From: Candidatus Parcubacteria bacterium
GTDB lineage: Bacteria > Patescibacteriota > Minisyncoccia > Sungbacterales > SURF-37
Direction of reading: 5' to 3'
DNA length: 57,289 bases
Assembly (NCBI GenBank): GCA_003599755.1
Contig: QZJO01000012.1
Span: forward strand, 1-57,289
Every line of letters begins with the position of its first letter. Position 1 is the stretch's first letter. A model generated the notes under the pieces. It did no database searches, was not told the DNA's origin, and saw nothing but the letters and a program-made list of their open reading frames with translations. Shown piece by piece: positions 27,201 to 36,727 of the stretch. A program made the translations under genes and the position numbers.

Positions 27201-28283
27201 ATGGCCATGACCGTCAAACAACTCATGCATTGGTATGAACGCTACCTCGCGCCGGTGGCGTTTTTCGCGGGCTTTATGCTCGATGCGTTCACGCTCACGC
27301 GCGTGGACGTAGCATGGGAAAATATCATTCTCGTCGGGCATTTGTGCATCGCCGCGGCCGGCATTCTTCTCATCAATGCGCTCGAGGCCAACCGCTTGCC
27401 GGCATGGATCAGCGAGCGCTTCGCGCCGCTCTTTCCGCTCATGGTGCAATTTTCGTTCGGCGCCCTGTTCAGCGGCTTTACGGTGCTCTATTTCCGCAGC
27501 GGATCGCTGACGGCAAGCTGGCTCTTTTTGCTGATCCTGGCCGCGTTCTTGATCGGCAACGAATTCTTGCGCGAGCGCTATCGGCATCTGGCGTTCCACG
27601 GCAGCATCTATTTTCTTGTGCTCTTCGCGTATCTGATATTCGCGGTTGCGGTCGCGATGCGCGAAGTCGGCCCGCGCCCGTTTCTGGTCGCCGGCCTCGG
27701 AGCGCTCGGACTCATCGCGTTGCTCATGACCGCGCTTTGGCGTATCGCGCCCGCTCGCTTTCATGAGAACCGCGCGAAGTTTTTCGCCGGCGTGGCCAGC
27801 GTATACGCGGCATTCAATATTTTATATTTTACGAATGAGATTCCGCCCATCCCGCTCTCGTTGAAGCATGCGGGGATCTATCACTCGGCGGCGTACGAAG
27901 GCGCGGCGTTGCGGACCACGTACGAGGCGCCGCCCTGGTACCGCTTTTGGCAGGAAACCAACTCGACGTTCAACTGGCAGCCGGGCGAACCGGTATACGC
28001 GGTCAGTGCGGTGTTCGCGCCGGCCGCGATCCAGGCCGACATCGTACACCACTGGCTGTTTTACGACGCGTCGGCGGGGGACTGGGTGGAGCGCGGTCGC
28101 TATAGCTACGCAATCGTCGGCGGCCGTAGCGACGGCTACCGGGGCTTTTCTTTCAAACAGGCAATCGAGCCGGGCCGCTGGCGCGTGGATATCCGTACCG
28201 GGCGCGGCGAACTTCTGGGCCGCGTGCGATTTACCATCGTAACCGCCGGCGGCGCGATTCCGCTCAGCGCGCGCGAGCTGTAG
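27201..28283 (+). CDS. DUF2914 domain membrane protein
   Basis: GF..D..TL.RVD, IPPIPLSLK, AVFAP...I.H.W, I.GGR.DGYRG, GRWRVD motifs; start uncertain. Confidence 0.82.
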   Translation: MAMTVKQLMHWYERYLAPVAFFAGFMLDAFTLTRVDVAWENIILVGHLCIAAAGILLINALEANRLPAWISERFAPLFPLMVQFSFGALFSGFTVLYFRSGSLTASWLFLLILAAFLIGNEFLRERYRHLAFHGSIYFLVLFAYLIFAVAVAMREVGPRPFLVAGLGALGLIALLMTALWRIAPARFHENRAKFFAGVASVYAAFNILYFTNEIPPIPLSLKHAGIYHSAAYEGAALRTTYEAPPWYRFWQETNSTFNWQPGEPVYAVSAVFAPAAIQADIVHHWLFYDASAGDWVERGRYSYAIVGGRSDGYRGFSFKQAIEPGRWRVDIRTGRGELLGRVRFTIVTAGGAIPLSAREL

Positions 28284-29100
28284 CCGCCTGCATAGCCGCG
28301 ACGTCATCGTGCAATCGCGCCAAGCGAGGCCCGAGCGCGTCCACGAGGAACCGGGCCGTATCTGCAAGCGCGAGAAACGACGCGCGATCCAGGGTCTGAC
28401 CCTTTTTCACCGCGTAGAGTTTATTGCCAATGAATTCGAACGAATAGCCGTTCCGCTCCGGCCGCAGCAGCTCAGCGATGATTTCGGGCGTGAATATCTC
28501 GAACGCTTCGATTTTGAGATGCTCGTTGACGTGCACTTCGAATTGATCATCGAAATCTGCTCGGATGGAGATGCGCCGCTGGTGCGGCCATTCCAGATCC
28601 AGATCTTTCAAAAACGACTTCGGATCGACTGTCATATCGGGCACGAGGCCATCGAACGAAATTTCCGATACGGCGAAATAATACGTATGCTTGCGCTTGC
28701 CATGGCCGACCACATAGCGATATTGAAACAACCGCATGGGCCGGCCGCGGTATACGCCTTCCAGGATATGACTTGCCGCGCGATTCCTGCCGCGAGCGAA
28801 TAGATTCCCCGCCGCATCCGCGGCATTGCCGTGTTGCGCGTACGTAAACCCGAGCTCACGGGCGAGCGCGCGGAAAAACCGCTCTTCCATACGCATGCGC
28901 GCCAGCGCTATGCCGCCGACAAGCCAGAGCGCCGCCGCGACGAAGCCCCAGAAGGCATTGAACGCCGCTGCGGCAGCGACGCCGAGTGCGAAAAGGCCGA
29001 GCGCGGGACCGAAGAATTTCCAGCCCCAGACGTCAACGATATAGCGCCACACCGCGACGTTGACATCGTGAATCGTGCCGAACGATTGGGCATCATCCAT
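28264..29100 (-). CDS. Hypothetical membrane protein (possibly DUF3137-like)
   Basis: Two TMs, then F..LA..LGF.Y, F.Y.Y..G.GK and FD..F.V motifs; TATACT 8 nt upstream of ATG. Confidence 0.72.
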   Translation of the reverse strand: MDDAQSFGTIHDVNVAVWRYIVDVWGWKFFGPALGLFALGVAAAAAFNAFWGFVAAALWLVGGIALARMRMEERFFRALARELGFTYAQHGNAADAAGNLFARGRNRAASHILEGVYRGRPMRLFQYRYVVGHGKRKHTYYFAVSEISFDGLVPDMTVDPKSFLKDLDLEWPHQRRISIRADFDDQFEVHVNEHLKIEAFEIFTPEIIAELLRPERNGYSFEFIGNKLYAVKKGQTLDRASFLALADTARFLVDALGPRLARLHDDVAAMQAATARAR

Positions 29101-29148
29101 TGCCGCCAGTATACTATTCTCTGACGAAAGAATCCGTCGCGCCCGCCT

Positions 29149-29604
29149 ATGACCATGTTCAAAACCACCACCGCCAAGACGCCGGCCGAATACATCCGCA
29201 TGCAGCCCGAGCCGCGCCGAACCGATATCGCCAAGCTCCATGCCTTGATCCGGAAAACCGTGCCCCACCTCAAGCCGCACATCCAGATCGGCATGCTCGG
29301 ATACGGATCCTACCACTATCGCTACGCAAGCGGCCGGGAAGGGGATTGGGCGATCATCGGACTCGCCAACCAGAAGAATTACATTTCGCTTTATGTCATG
29401 GCGGCCGAAGGCGGCCGATACATCGCCGAGAAATATAAAAAAGAATTGCCCAAGGCCAGCATCGGCAAAAGCTGTATCCGATTCAGGCGCCTTCTGGATG
29501 TCGATGCGGCCGTGCTCGCGCGGTTGATCAAGGAAGGCGCTCAGGTCATGCAAAAGGCAGGCGCGCAAAGCGCGGAAGCGGTTCGATCCGCACGCGCCAA
29601 ATAG
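29149..29604 (+). CDS. DUF1801 (YdhG-like) protein
   Basis: MLGYGSYHYRYASGREGDW, QKNYISLY, GKSCIRF. Confidence 0.85.
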   Translation: MTMFKTTTAKTPAEYIRMQPEPRRTDIAKLHALIRKTVPHLKPHIQIGMLGYGSYHYRYASGREGDWAIIGLANQKNYISLYVMAAEGGRYIAEKYKKELPKASIGKSCIRFRRLLDVDAAVLARLIKEGAQVMQKAGAQSAEAVRSARAK

Positions 29605-29623
29605 CCGCCGAATACGACGATCT

Positions 29624-29652
29624 TTGACAGATCGCCGTATTCGGTATATCCT
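29624..29652 (+). promoter_or_regulatory. typA promoter
   Basis: TTGACA-17 nt-TATCCT. Confidence 0.7.
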
Positions 29653-29689
29653 TAGTACATTGTCCCCGGGGCAGGGACTTTTTTCATGG

Positions 29690-29805
29690 ATCCCGTTAGA
29701 GGCCGCAGTTCGCCGCTTGTCCGCGAACTCTACGGATCCGTATGGGCATCATTCACTTCTAACAGAATCTCTGGCAGATCGACCGCGACCTGCCTCTAAC
29801 GGGAT
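29690..29805. mobile_element. MITE-like fold-back insertion at the typA start codon
   Basis: 14-bp perfect terminal inverted repeats ATCCCGTTAGAGGC/GCCTCTAACGGGAT; ATGGA repeated at 29686 and 29804. Confidence 0.7.
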
Positions 29806-31594
29806 GGAAATACGAAACATTGCCATCATCGCGCACGTGGACCACGGCAAGACCACGCTGACCGACGCGCTCCTGCGCCAAACCGGCTTCATGGGCGAAG
29901 TCGGGTCCATGGATTCCAACGCTCTGGAGCAAGAGCGGGGGATTACGATTTACTCCAAAAACGCCTCGATTCTCTATCGGGATACCAAAATCAATATCGT
30001 CGATACCCCCGGCCATGCTGATTTCGGGTCCGAAGTGGAGCGGGTGCTGCGCTCGATCGATTCAGTGCTTTTGGTCGTGGACGCGCAAGAAGGCCCCATG
30101 CCGCAGACCCGGTTCGTGCTCCGCAAATCGCTGGAACTCGGCATCCGGCCGATCGTCATCATCAACAAGATCGACAAGCCGGCCGCGGATCCCGCGCGCT
30201 GCGAAGAGCAGGTGCTCGAATTGTTCCTGGAGCTCGGCGCGAACGACGCCCAGGCCAATTTTCCGGTCGTCTACGCGATCGGCCGCGACGGCATTGCCAA
30301 ACGGACGCTTACCGAAACATCCGACGATCTGACGCCGCTTTTGGAAACGATCTTGGAATTCGTGCCGGCCACGGACGCGGCCAAAAAGGAAGAACCATTG
30401 CGCTTCCAGCCGTTCAACCTCGGCTACGATAACTTCCTCGGGCGCCTCGCCATCGGCCGCATCCACGAAGGCACGGTGACCGTAGGCCAGCATGTGGTGA
30501 TCAAAAACCAGGCCGGCGCGACGCGCTCGGGAAAAATCATTAAAATATTCACGTTCCGCGGATTGGAAAAAATTGAGGCCGACCGGGCCGAAGCGGGCGA
30601 TATCGCCATGCTCGCGGGCCTCGGCGACATCGATATCGGCGAGACTGTGGCCGAAACCGCGGACGCCGAACCGCTGCCGGCCATCGCCGTGGACGAACCG
30701 ACGATCGTACTGAAATTTTTGGTCAATAATTCGCCGTTCGCCGGCCGCGAAGGGAAATTCGTCACGTCGCGCCAGATCCGCGAGCGGCTCGAACGCGAAC
30801 TTCAAGTCAATGTCGGATTGCGCGTCGATTTTGCCGAGGCCGACGCGTTTACGGTCTACGGCCGGGGCGAGCTGCACATCGCGATCCTCCTCGAAACCAT
30901 GCGCCGCGAAGGGTACGAGCTGCAGGTCTCGCAGCCGCAGGCGATTTTGCAACACCGGCCGGACGGTATCTATGAGCCGTTCGAGGAAGTGGTCGTGGAT
31001 ACGCCGAGCGCCTGGCAAGGCACGATCATCGAGCGGCTCGGCACGCGGGGATTCGTGGTCCAGAACATGCACGTCGCCGGCGATGCCGTACGCCTCATCT
31101 TCGAGGGACCGACGCGGGGATTGCTCGGCTATCGAAACCAGTTCGTCATCGATACCAAAGGCGAAGGAATTTTATCATCGCGCTTCCTCGCGTTCCGCCC
31201 GTATGCGGGCGACATCAATAAGCGCCCCACCGGATCCATGATTTCCATGACCACGGGCAAAGCCCTCGCCTACGCGCTCTGGAATCTCCAGGAGCGGGGC
31301 GCGATCTATATCAAACCTAACACCGACGTGTACGAGGGCATGGTGATCGGCAACACGGCCAAAGGGGAGGAAATGGCGGTCAACCCGACCAAGGGTAAGC
31401 AGCTGACTAACGTCCGCGCCGCGGCGTCGGACGAGGCGATCGATTTGGTGCCGCCCCAGGAGCTGACGATCGAGCGGGGGCTCGAAATCATGGCTGCCGA
31501 CGAATACCTTGAGATCACGCCCCAAGGCGTGCGCCTGCGCAAGCAGCATCTGACCGCCGTGGACCGCACGCGCGCCAAGCGCGATGGCCGCTAA
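29804..31594 (+). CDS. typA: Translational GTPase TypA/BipA
   Basis: [53 protein letters not shown]. Confidence 0.97.
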   Translation: MEIRNIAIIAHVDHGKTTLTDALLRQTGFMGEVGSMDSNALEQERGITIYSKNASILYRDTKINIVDTPGHADFGSEVERVLRSIDSVLLVVDAQEGPMPQTRFVLRKSLELGIRPIVIINKIDKPAADPARCEEQVLELFLELGANDAQANFPVVYAIGRDGIAKRTLTETSDDLTPLLETILEFVPATDAAKKEEPLRFQPFNLGYDNFLGRLAIGRIHEGTVTVGQHVVIKNQAGATRSGKIIKIFTFRGLEKIEADRAEAGDIAMLAGLGDIDIGETVAETADAEPLPAIAVDEPTIVLKFLVNNSPFAGREGKFVTSRQIRERLERELQVNVGLRVDFAEADAFTVYGRGELHIAILLETMRREGYELQVSQPQAILQHRPDGIYEPFEEVVVDTPSAWQGTIIERLGTRGFVVQNMHVAGDAVRLIFEGPTRGLLGYRNQFVIDTKGEGILSSRFLAFRPYAGDINKRPTGSMISMTTGKALAYALWNLQERGAIYIKPNTDVYEGMVIGNTAKGEEMAVNPTKGKQLTNVRAAASDEAIDLVPPQELTIERGLEIMAADEYLEITPQGVRLRKQHLTAVDRTRAKRDGR

Positions 31595-33261
31595 TACGGC
31601 CGGACTGCCGAATACTCGTCGGCGATGTCCACCACCTCCGGATCGCCGCGATAACGAATCCGGCTTGCGTTCTGGGCGGTTCCGGTCAACTGTTTGATTA
31701 CCTGCACGGTGATGCGCGATCCGTTTTTCGCCGTGGCCGTGACCCGGTCACCCGCGAATCCAAGCGCGCTGATGTGCGAACCATTTTGGGCGATGAACTC
31801 CGTGCTCGACGCTGCGCCGAAAAGATCCGCATTCGAAGCGTTCTCGAGCGCGAGCGCGAGCGACCCGACGAAAAGATCGGCATCGAGAAAACTGGCGTTT
31901 TCGACGGTCGCGCGGAATTCTTCTGCGCGCCATGATTCCACTTCGACGGCCGAACCATTCGCGATCGACAACAGATCAAGCTCGGGCAGCGTGACGTGCA
32001 CGGTCGCGCTCGAGAGAAAACAAAACAAGCAGATTTTTTCTTCGGGAATATCGGCGATAAAAAGCGTACCGTCTTGGACTCGCACGTCGGTGCGCTCGAT
32101 GGCGCGCTCGGTGCCGGTCACCCGAACGGCGTACGCCTCGCCTTGGGTAACCACGGCCCGCCGCCCGCCGCTGACCGCGATCGAGCGAAACTCTGCCGTG
32201 GCGACGGTTTTCTCGCCTTCACGATACATCGGACTCTCGGCCCGCAGCCGTTGGTATTCAACGGCGAGCCGCGAGCCGTTCACCGTGCCCACCGCAATCG
32301 CGCCGAACCACACCACGAGAAGCGCGAAGCCGGCGACTGGGGGTAGCGAACTTCGGCGTCGCATGAGTGCGAGCCCGAGGAACGAAAGGAACAAGAGCGG
32401 GATGCCGACGATGAGCCACGCCGCCCCAAGCGTCGCATACAGCATCCCCGACGAGACATATTCGCGGAGCGGGAATTCAATGACCGATGAATCGATATTG
32501 GAAACGCTTGCCGCCAGCGCGACGGTTACGGCGACGAGCCCGAGGAGTGCGGCAAGAAACAAAAGCGCGCCAACGATACCGACAAGCACCGGAAGCAGAA
32601 CGCCGAGTACGACCCCGATGGCCCGCACGACGCGTCCCAACACGAGGAAGGGGAGCGCGATGGCGCGCCGGAGGGCGCTGGGCGTATCCTGCGACGAATC
32701 GGCGCCACGGTCTTTCATAAAATCCGCGACCGAGGCAAGCGTGATCGGATCGCCGCGCATCTGCAATTTTTCCGTGGCGGTCTTGGCCTCCGGCACGGCA
32801 ATCCAGAGCACGATGTAGGCAAGGATCCCCGCACCGCCGAACACCAGCGAAAACGCGAAGATCAAGCGCACGATAACCGGATCAATGCCAAGGTACGCCG
32901 CTAATCCCGCGGCAACGCCAGCGACGACGCCTGTCTCCGTATCGCGGTACAGTCGCCGACCGCCCGCGCCGCGCGCCGGCGCAGCCGGCGACGCGCCGCC
33001 GCCGAGTTCTTCGGGCGAGCCCATTGCCGCGCGAAGTGCGGCGACGTCGTCCACGGTCAGGATGCGGTCCGGACCGCCGATCTTGGATTCCAGGAATCGT
33101 TCGGCGATGCGCGTCTCGATATCGGCGACGATTTCATCGCGATCATCGAACGCGGCGAAATGGCTGCGGATGGAGTCCAGATATTCGCCGAGCATCTCGT
33201 ACGCGTCCTCCTCCGCGTGAAAGAGCCGGCCGCCGATCGTGATGCTAATTGCTTTTTTCAT
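31591..33261 (-). CDS. PspC domain protein with C-terminal DUF2807/GIN-like beta-helix
   Basis: MKKAISITIGG..F..EEDAY..L; RLYRD....VAGVAAGLA.YLG.DP..VR (PspC); repeated NAS/NGS units. Confidence 0.85.
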   Translation of the reverse strand: MKKAISITIGGRLFHAEEDAYEMLGEYLDSIRSHFAAFDDRDEIVADIETRIAERFLESKIGGPDRILTVDDVAALRAAMGSPEELGGGASPAAPARGAGGRRLYRDTETGVVAGVAAGLAAYLGIDPVIVRLIFAFSLVFGGAGILAYIVLWIAVPEAKTATEKLQMRGDPITLASVADFMKDRGADSSQDTPSALRRAIALPFLVLGRVVRAIGVVLGVLLPVLVGIVGALLFLAALLGLVAVTVALAASVSNIDSSVIEFPLREYVSSGMLYATLGAAWLIVGIPLLFLSFLGLALMRRRSSLPPVAGFALLVVWFGAIAVGTVNGSRLAVEYQRLRAESPMYREGEKTVATAEFRSIAVSGGRRAVVTQGEAYAVRVTGTERAIERTDVRVQDGTLFIADIPEEKICLFCFLSSATVHVTLPELDLLSIANGSAVEVESWRAEEFRATVENASFLDADLFVGSLALALENASNADLFGAASSTEFIAQNGSHISALGFAGDRVTATAKNGSRITVQVIKQLTGTAQNASRIRYRGDPEVVDIADEYSAVRPY

Positions 33262-33604
33262 ATTTCCTGATAAGCGCGGTTATGGATTTCGACAGTGATT
33301 CCCATCCTTCTTCGAGGTTCGCGAGCGCGGCGCGTCCCTGATCGGTGAGCGTATAGTACTTGCGCGGCGGACCCGCCTCGGATTCCACCCAGCGGTACCG
33401 AAGCAGGCCATCGGTGCGCAGCCGGCTCAAGAGGGGATAGAGCGTTCCTTCGACGACCAAAAGGTCGGCGTCTTTGAGCTCGACGAGGATGTCGGACGCG
33501 TAAATTTCGCCCCGCGCGATGATCAGGAGAATGCAAAATTCAAGCGTGCCTTTGCGCATCTGGGCGATCGTATTTTCGCTCGGTATGCGGGTTTCTTGAC
33601 CCAT
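33245..33604 (-). CDS. PadR-family transcriptional regulator
   Basis: QMRKG.LEFCIL, EGTLYPLLSRL, W.ES..GPPRKYY.LT..G. Confidence 0.92.
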   Translation of the reverse strand: MGQETRIPSENTIAQMRKGTLEFCILLIIARGEIYASDILVELKDADLLVVEGTLYPLLSRLRTDGLLRYRWVESEAGPPRKYYTLTDQGRAALANLEEGWESLSKSITALIRKYEKSN

Positions 33605-33616
33605 AGGAAAACCCTA

Positions 33617-33651
33617 ACACCTAGTACCTTGTTTTGCAAGGTACTAGGTGT
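33617..33651. promoter_or_regulatory. Putative PadR operator (15-bp perfect inverted repeat)
   Basis: acacctagtaccttg-ttttg-caaggtactaggtgt between the divergent padR and sdpI-like genes. Confidence 0.7.
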
Positions 33652-33694
33652 GTATAAGTTACATCCTGCTGCAACCTCTTGTATAATGGGACAT

Positions 33695-34333
33695 ATGACT
33701 ACGCGAACCGCTACCATCGTTATCGGCGCGTTGATCGCCGTCGTTATCGGCGCGGCGTGGTATTGGTACGGATCGCTGCCCGACCCGATCGCTTCGCATT
33801 GGAACGCGGCAGGGGAGGCGGACGGCGTCATGGCGAAATTCTGGGGACTTGCGCTCTTCCCGCTGGTTATGGGCGGATTGTTCGGATTATTTCTCCTGAT
33901 ACCGGTCATCGACCCGTTGCGGCGCAACATCGAAGGATTCCGGCGAGAGTTCAATATATTTTTCATCGCCATCATCGCATTTTTCACGTACCTTTTCGCA
34001 TTGGTACTTGCTTGGAATTTCGGCGCGCGGTTTCCATTCGGCGGCGCAATCGCGCCGGCACTTGGCGCTCTCATCTTCCTCATCGGCGTCATTCTTCCGC
34101 GCACGAAGCGGAATTGGTTTTTCGGCATCCGCACGCCCTGGACGCTTTCGTCCGATCGCGCCTGGACCGAAACGCACCGCCTCGGCGGCCGCCTGTTCCA
34201 GATCGCGGGCATCCTGGCGGTCGGCGGCGCAATCGCGCCCTCGTACGCGTTCGTGCTCGCCATCGGGCCGCTCATCGCCGCGGTTCTGATTCTCTTGCCC
34301 TATTCATATATCGCGTACCGGCGCGAACGCTGA
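33695..34333 (+). CDS. SdpI-family membrane protein (DUF1648 + SdpI)
   Basis: LP..IASHWN..G.ADG; RNWFFGIRTPWTLSS...W..THR; TATAAT 7 nt upstream of ATG. Confidence 0.88.
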   Translation: MTTRTATIVIGALIAVVIGAAWYWYGSLPDPIASHWNAAGEADGVMAKFWGLALFPLVMGGLFGLFLLIPVIDPLRRNIEGFRREFNIFFIAIIAFFTYLFALVLAWNFGARFPFGGAIAPALGALIFLIGVILPRTKRNWFFGIRTPWTLSSDRAWTETHRLGGRLFQIAGILAVGGAIAPSYAFVLAIGPLIAAVLILLPYSYIAYRRER

Positions 34334-34434
34334 TATCCATCCGGTCCCGATGAGCGGATGCCGCATGGTCGCGCGGCGGCTTTTGCTTGAATCGGCGCTG
34401 GTTTCATGCGATCATTGCGCAGCTGCAACGTATC

Positions 34435-35733
34435 ATGCATCGTCTCTTCGCCCTCAAACGGGAATACACGCGCGCCATCCGAGTCGGATGGTTTTTGGCG
34501 CTTCGCCAAATCAAGCGCTCGAACAAAGGCACAACCGCGCTCATCATTTTCATCATGGTACTGACGTTTCTTAACCTGGTGGTCGTATCCGGACTCTTGG
34601 TCGGCCTGATTTCCGGCTCATTCAAACAGTACCGCGAAGGGTATTCGGGCGAAGTCATCATCACCTCGGCTCCGGGCCGCGACTATATCGAAAACTCGCC
34701 CGCGCTCATCTCGTTTCTTGGGCATCATCCAAACGTCACGGCCATGTCTCCGCGCTACACCACATCGGCCCAGATACTCGGCACGCTCAACGACAACCCG
34801 GAAAAAAACGAGCGCCCGAACAGCATCGGCGCCCGCATTGTCGGCATCGATCCGTTGCGCGAGGAAGCGGTAACCGGCTTTTCGCGCTTTATCCTTTCCG
34901 GTTCGCCGCTTGCGGCGGGGGAGGAAGGCGCGATTCTCATCGGCGCCAATCTCATTAAAAAATATTCCTCGTTCGCCGATGCCAATATTCCCGGCCTCAA
35001 TTTCCTTGAAGACGTCGACGTGGGCACGCGCGTACGGGTCACGCTCACGAGCGCGGACGGCAGGGCGGTGCGCAAAGAATTTATCGTGCGCGGCATCGTG
35101 AAAAGCAAAGTCGACGAAATATCAACCCGGGTATTCATAACGTCCAACGAGCTGCGCCGGATGCTGCCCGTCCATAAGGAACAGGTTCAGGAAATCGCCG
35201 TGAAGACCGATGCCGCTTACGCGTCGGCACTCGTCCGGCAATCCAAGCAATTCATGGGGTCGAATGCCGCGCGCATTCAGACCGCGGACGAGGCCATCCC
35301 ATCGTTCCTGCGCGACATCGAGGCCACCATGACGGTACTCGGCAATGCACTGTCATCCATCGCGCTCGTTGTCGCTTCTATTACGGTATTCATTGTGGTC
35401 TTCATCAACGCGGTGACGAAGCGCAAATTCATCGGGATCATGAAAGGCATCGGCATTAGCCCGCGCGCGATCCAATTTTCCTATATTTTCCAGGCGCTAT
35501 TTTACGGTATCGCCGGTTCCATCATCGGCCTCATACTCACGTTCGCCGTACTCCGGCCGTATTTCAATGCGCATCCGATCGACTTTCCGTTTTCCGACGG
35601 GATTCTGGTCGCCACGCCGGCGGGCGCGGCCGCGCGCGTTGCGATCCTGCTCGCGGTGACCTTGATCGCCGGCTACTTGCCTGCGAAGCTTATCGTGCGC
35701 AAAAATACGCTCGACTCTATTCTCGGCCGCTGA
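34435..35733 (+). CDS. ABC transporter permease, FtsX/LolC/MacB-like
   Basis: TM, large extracytoplasmic loop, then three TMs; GIDP..E and KRKFIGIMKGIG; start uncertain. Confidence 0.85.
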   Translation: MHRLFALKREYTRAIRVGWFLALRQIKRSNKGTTALIIFIMVLTFLNLVVVSGLLVGLISGSFKQYREGYSGEVIITSAPGRDYIENSPALISFLGHHPNVTAMSPRYTTSAQILGTLNDNPEKNERPNSIGARIVGIDPLREEAVTGFSRFILSGSPLAAGEEGAILIGANLIKKYSSFADANIPGLNFLEDVDVGTRVRVTLTSADGRAVRKEFIVRGIVKSKVDEISTRVFITSNELRRMLPVHKEQVQEIAVKTDAAYASALVRQSKQFMGSNAARIQTADEAIPSFLRDIEATMTVLGNALSSIALVVASITVFIVVFINAVTKRKFIGIMKGIGISPRAIQFSYIFQALFYGIAGSIIGLILTFAVLRPYFNAHPIDFPFSDGILVATPAGAAARVAILLAVTLIAGYLPAKLIVRKNTLDSILGR

Positions 35734-35855
35734 CCCGCCTGCGTTTTTGTCCTACTATGCGTTTGCGTTCATATGCATCTCGAAGAACGGGTGATATGAG
35801 ATTCACCACCCAAAGCGATCATGCCCTATTCCGTAAGGACAGAAATTTAGGCGGG
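35734..35855. mobile_element. MITE-like fold-back insertion at the permease stop codon
   Basis: Imperfect ~22-nt terminal inverted repeats (cccgcctgcgtttttgtcctac / gtaaggacagaaatttaggcggg) flanked by CTGA direct repeats at 35730 and 35856. Confidence 0.6.
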
Positions 35856-35863
35856 CTGATTCC

Positions 35864-36538
35864 ATGATCCGCGCCACGCAACTGGTCAAAACTTACGGCA
35901 GCGGCGAACTCTCGCTGACCGTGCTGAAGCATCTAAATCTGGAAATTCAAGACGGCGAGTTCGTCGCGGTGGTCGGCCCGTCGGGAGCCGGAAAATCCAC
36001 GCTCTTGTATCAGTTGTCGCTCTTGGACGAACCGACCGAGGGCGAGGTATACCTCGACGGCATCAAAACCTCGGGGTTGAGTCAGGCCGAAAAGACGCTC
36101 CTGCGCCTGCATAAACTCGGCTACGTATTCCAAGATTACGCCCTGCTGCCGGAGCTCAACGCGATAGAAAACGTGACTCTGCCGATGCTGATGCAGGGCC
36201 TCGCGGAATCCGAAGCAAAAGACCGCGCGCGCCATGCACTCGGCCGCATCGGACTTTCCGACAAACTTCAAAATCTGCCGAGCCAGCTTTCCGGCGGGCA
36301 GCAGCAGCGGGTTTCCATCGCCCGCGCGATCGCGCACGACCCGCATATCCTCTTTGCCGACGAGCCGACGGCGAACCTCGACTCGGCCAACGGCCAGCGG
36401 GTCATGGAAGCGTTTCGAGATCTCCACGCCGAAGGCCAAACCATCATCATGGTGACGCACGAAGAGGAATACTCGCGCCATGCCCGGCGCGTGATATCGC
36501 TCAAAGACGGTGCTATTGTTTCGGATACCCGGACATAA
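35864..36538 (+). CDS. ABC transporter ATPase, LolD/MacB-like
   Basis: GPSGAGKST, LSGGQQQR, FADEPTANLD, VTHE. Confidence 0.92.
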   Translation: MIRATQLVKTYGSGELSLTVLKHLNLEIQDGEFVAVVGPSGAGKSTLLYQLSLLDEPTEGEVYLDGIKTSGLSQAEKTLLRLHKLGYVFQDYALLPELNAIENVTLPMLMQGLAESEAKDRARHALGRIGLSDKLQNLPSQLSGGQQQRVSIARAIAHDPHILFADEPTANLDSANGQRVMEAFRDLHAEGQTIIMVTHEEEYSRHARRVISLKDGAIVSDTRT

Positions 36539-36547
36539 CGACTCCCC

Positions 36548-36727
36548 ATGCATCCTCGTACGGTGTTATATATCGGCGCCGGCATCGTCATCCTTCTCGT
36601 GATCGGCGGCATGGTGTTCGAGCCCGAACCCGCGCCGGCCGATCCCGATCCGCGGTATCCCGTTGAACCGCCGTTTGCGGAGCCGAAACCGCGGCCGATC
36701 GAAGCGGCCGACATGTCCAATCCATGA
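36548..36727 (+). CDS. Small single-pass Pro-rich protein (59 aa), below cutoff
   Basis: MHPRTVLYIGAGIVILLVIGGMVFEPEPAPADP...; its stop overlaps the next ATG (ATGA). Confidence 0.65.
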   Translation: MHPRTVLYIGAGIVILLVIGGMVFEPEPAPADPDPRYPVEPPFAEPKPRPIEAADMSNP

